Assembly: GCF_964355755.1 (NCBI RefSeq)
Contig: NC_092673.1
Coordinates: 15,348,948 to 15,412,947 of the forward strand
DNA: 64,000 nucleotides
Source of the DNA: Antedon mediterranea
Taxonomy: Eukaryota; Animalia; Echinodermata
Direction of reading: 5' to 3'
A program made the translations under genes and the position numbers. This document shows positions 45,731 to 64,000 of this stretch, one piece after another (the stretch's first letter is position 1; every line of letters starts with the position of its first letter). The notes below the pieces were generated by a model. The model saw only the letters and a list, made by a program, of their open reading frames with translations, did no database searches and had not been told where the DNA came from.

Positions 45731-47688
45731 AATGAATGCGCAGAAAATAACCACGGAATCGTCCATTATATAAAGGATATGGACATTTAGGATGAAAATA
45801 TTATAATATTCAATCAAGCATTTCAAAGATAAAGATAATGCGGGTTTTTTTCTCTTTATTATATTATATAGATGGACCTTCCACATGTTGTTAGCCTCAT
45901 AAAGATTATGCCGGAGATGCCCACTCTTTTATTATACACATAAAACTTGATGCTGCAGTTCCATCCAGTATAAATAAACTTTGTGTTATTAACCCCCGTT
46001 ATAGTCTGACCAGGTCAGATCTCATCGATGTGGGAAATATCAATCATAATTATTAAAGTCAATATTAATAATACTGAACAAGATATCGAGAGTAAGATTA
46101 GTATCTTTGAATATACTGCAGCTAGCATTCGCAAATATTGTTGTCATATCTCATATAGACATCAATCCTGCTTTATTAAAACCACTATTATAAATTGGTA
46201 ATAAAATACTCTACAGTTTTTTTTAACTTTAAACCTTTTTTAACCTTCTTCCACCACAAGTCAAACATAATATAATCTCAGACACAATGAATCATGCCTT
46301 TTTTCACTCGAACCAACAGATGTGGAAATTTCATTATCAACTAGGACTATCACATGAATGGTGATTTGCTATCCGCTTCACCTGTTTGTCATGACTGTAT
46401 TTCGTTTCGATGTGTTACTTTTAGGGTGGTCTAAGGAACCCTTCTCCCTGCTGGGGGACTCCTGGTAATTGATCTATGAGAATTAATAAAATATAATGAA
46501 AAAAAAATTGCTAAATTAACAGATCATTTTTAATATCTGTTTTTTTAAATAACTATACACCTAACTTGGTTATAAATATTTTAATGTATTTTTTTTATAT
46601 TTTGTAATGTGTAGTCTATTACGTGACTAGCTTACCTGGATGAACCAACATAGGCCTTTTCCCCTTCAAGGGGAGAACATAACCAAAAAGTAACATTTTA
46701 TTCATGAACTCCCCTCCAAGACAGTGGTATCGCCCATGCGCCACGCCCTTAATTTTAAATATTTCATTAATTGTTGTTAATATTTATTGTAAATTCAACA
46801 ATGCTTATACATTTTTGCACTAAACATTTTGAATTTGAAGTTTGTTTAGAAAAAACGTAATTAATCATCATTAAAAAGAAAATGTATACTGTAGATATGA
46901 AATTTACTCATGAATTTCTACCAAAAAAAAAATCCTCTTTAAATAATATTAACTTTAGGCATGAAAACATAACTTATTTTTGTTTTGGCTTTAGCAAACA
47001 GCCTACAGTAAAATATTAACCATTAATCAGATGTACACACATTATAATGTCTCAAGCATTCTCATCACATTTCGTCGTAGATGGTTTTAATTTATGGAGC
47101 ATTTACGAGCTTATGTCTAATTAGAAATCTAGTGAAACTATATTGGGATCAGATATGGTTCATAAAACTACAGTACATAATGTCCAACATCACAAACTAT
47201 AAATATTACGATGGGTAACATGATAATTTTTATATTTTTATGGTCAATTCACAATCCCTAGAGGATATGCTTGATACCTATAACAGGTGTAATACACACA
47301 TGATAAAGTTGGCAAAGTCTAAATTTCAACCAGCTAAAACATTTAATGCATCCAATGAGGATACATTATATGAAGCCTTCCATAATAATGTATGATTTCT
47401 ATGATAACTTCTGTACATGCATCGGTTTATTTAAAACCTGCAGAAAATTTGAAGTAGAAAGAAATATTGACTGTATTTATATATCAACAATGCTAGTTAA
47501 CCTTTGATTGCATTACAGTACCAGCTATTTCACGAGGAATTTATACCTTAATTTTCAGATGCTTAGCCCACTCTAAAAAATCAAAAATATGCTCAAATGA
47601 ATATGTTATTAATTGTTATATTCTTACTTGATATTTGTTTGTATTTTTCAGATCAAACTACTATTGAATAGAATTCCAGTGACATAAA

Positions 47689-62870
<15,182 letters not shown>

Positions 62871-64000
62871 GTGAGTTTCTTATTTATTTTAAATAAAGCA
62901 AATTTACAGAACTCGTGTCTTTCTAAACTAAATCTTAATTTCAATCGTAATTCGTAAGACCGTACTGTTGATCATGTTTGGCCCTGTTTCTGCTGCGAAA
63001 ATATCTGTATTATAGGGTAATGCGTTTAAGAGCTTCGGCTCATTGCATACCCGTTTTGTATCAAATAAGTTTATAGAAATATTCTTGTGAAAGAAATACT
63101 GTATTATTTTGTTGTTGATACAAATAAATGGTACGTATATAGTACCGCGAATGAAAAAAAAATAACCGGTTATTAACTGTGTGAATAAATTAACCAAATT
63201 TCTTGACAGCAGAAACAGTACAAATGTTTAATAACCTGTTAAATGGCAGCCTGAAAATAAAGGTTAAAGACACCCAATTGATTCGGTGTTAGATTGCCAT
63301 TTATCCGGTTATCGGTGTGCAACTTTTAGTTGCAACGCAAAATAACGGTTATTTGATTGACAGCATTAATTACATTTTGGGTAATGTTATTGTTAATGGT
63401 CAACCACAAATTTTAACAGTTTATTTGGGTGCAGAAAATGAGCGAAATTGTGGTCGGCCTAAAAATATTTTTTTGAAATAAACTGACTATTTGGCGCTGT
63501 GCAGCAGACCCTTCAAACATATGTTATTCCACTACTTTAAGTTTGCTGGGGTTTTTAATTCAAATTAAACCGTTAAAAAAACAGCTATTAATAAATTTGA
63601 ATAAATAAACAATTGTTTGCCTTAGGCTAAGCTTTATTTCCTGGACTATGAATAGTAATTGCTGATTTGTCATTTATAAATGCAGATTAAACTCACATGC
63701 CTCCAATTTCATATAGCATATTTTGTTTGTTACTTTTATGCCTGTGGGCTATCAAGAAATATTGATATTCCTGACTTCTCGGATTGTGGTCTGCTGTTAT
63801 AAATAATGCATGATTCTCAAATTTACCTCACTTTTTAAAACCATGTAATTCAACTACACATCAAGACAGCACACCTACGCACCCATGAATGTGTTAGGAA
63901 GTACAATTTGTACCACAATTTTCAATAGACATATGCCCGAGTTTACTTTGTAAAGATTATGAAGTTACGTTATGCCTGACACATTGAAAAGAACCTCAAA

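Noticed and set aside
45416-45790. 124-aa ORF with TTYSQKR repeats
   Set aside because: Translation of a 21-bp minisatellite; no splice or domain support.

Overview
AT-rich, intron-rich animal (invertebrate deuterostome/echinoderm-like, by inference) genomic DNA; no prokaryotic features. Five host genes were rebuilt by hand from GT-AG junctions: 3' end of a CaSR/mGluR-type class C GPCR (+), a proteinase-K-like S8A subtilase (-), a CHST15-like sulfotransferase (+), LRRC27 (-) and, head-to-head with it, an STK32/YANK kinase (+, runs off the window). Intron 1 of the sulfotransferase holds an apparently intact ~4.5 kb autonomous PIF/Harbinger transposon (spliced Myb/SANT gene + spliced DDE transposase, convergent). 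Non-coding highlights: two identical Penelope-type minimal hammerhead ribozymes within short elements inserted in (TA)n tracts around the subtilase, tRNA-headed SINEs (including Deu/Nin-domain-like ones with swapped tails), many MITE families, and abundant TA-NNN(N)-TA motifs resembling transposon excision footprints. No database searches were run; family calls rest on motif recognition.
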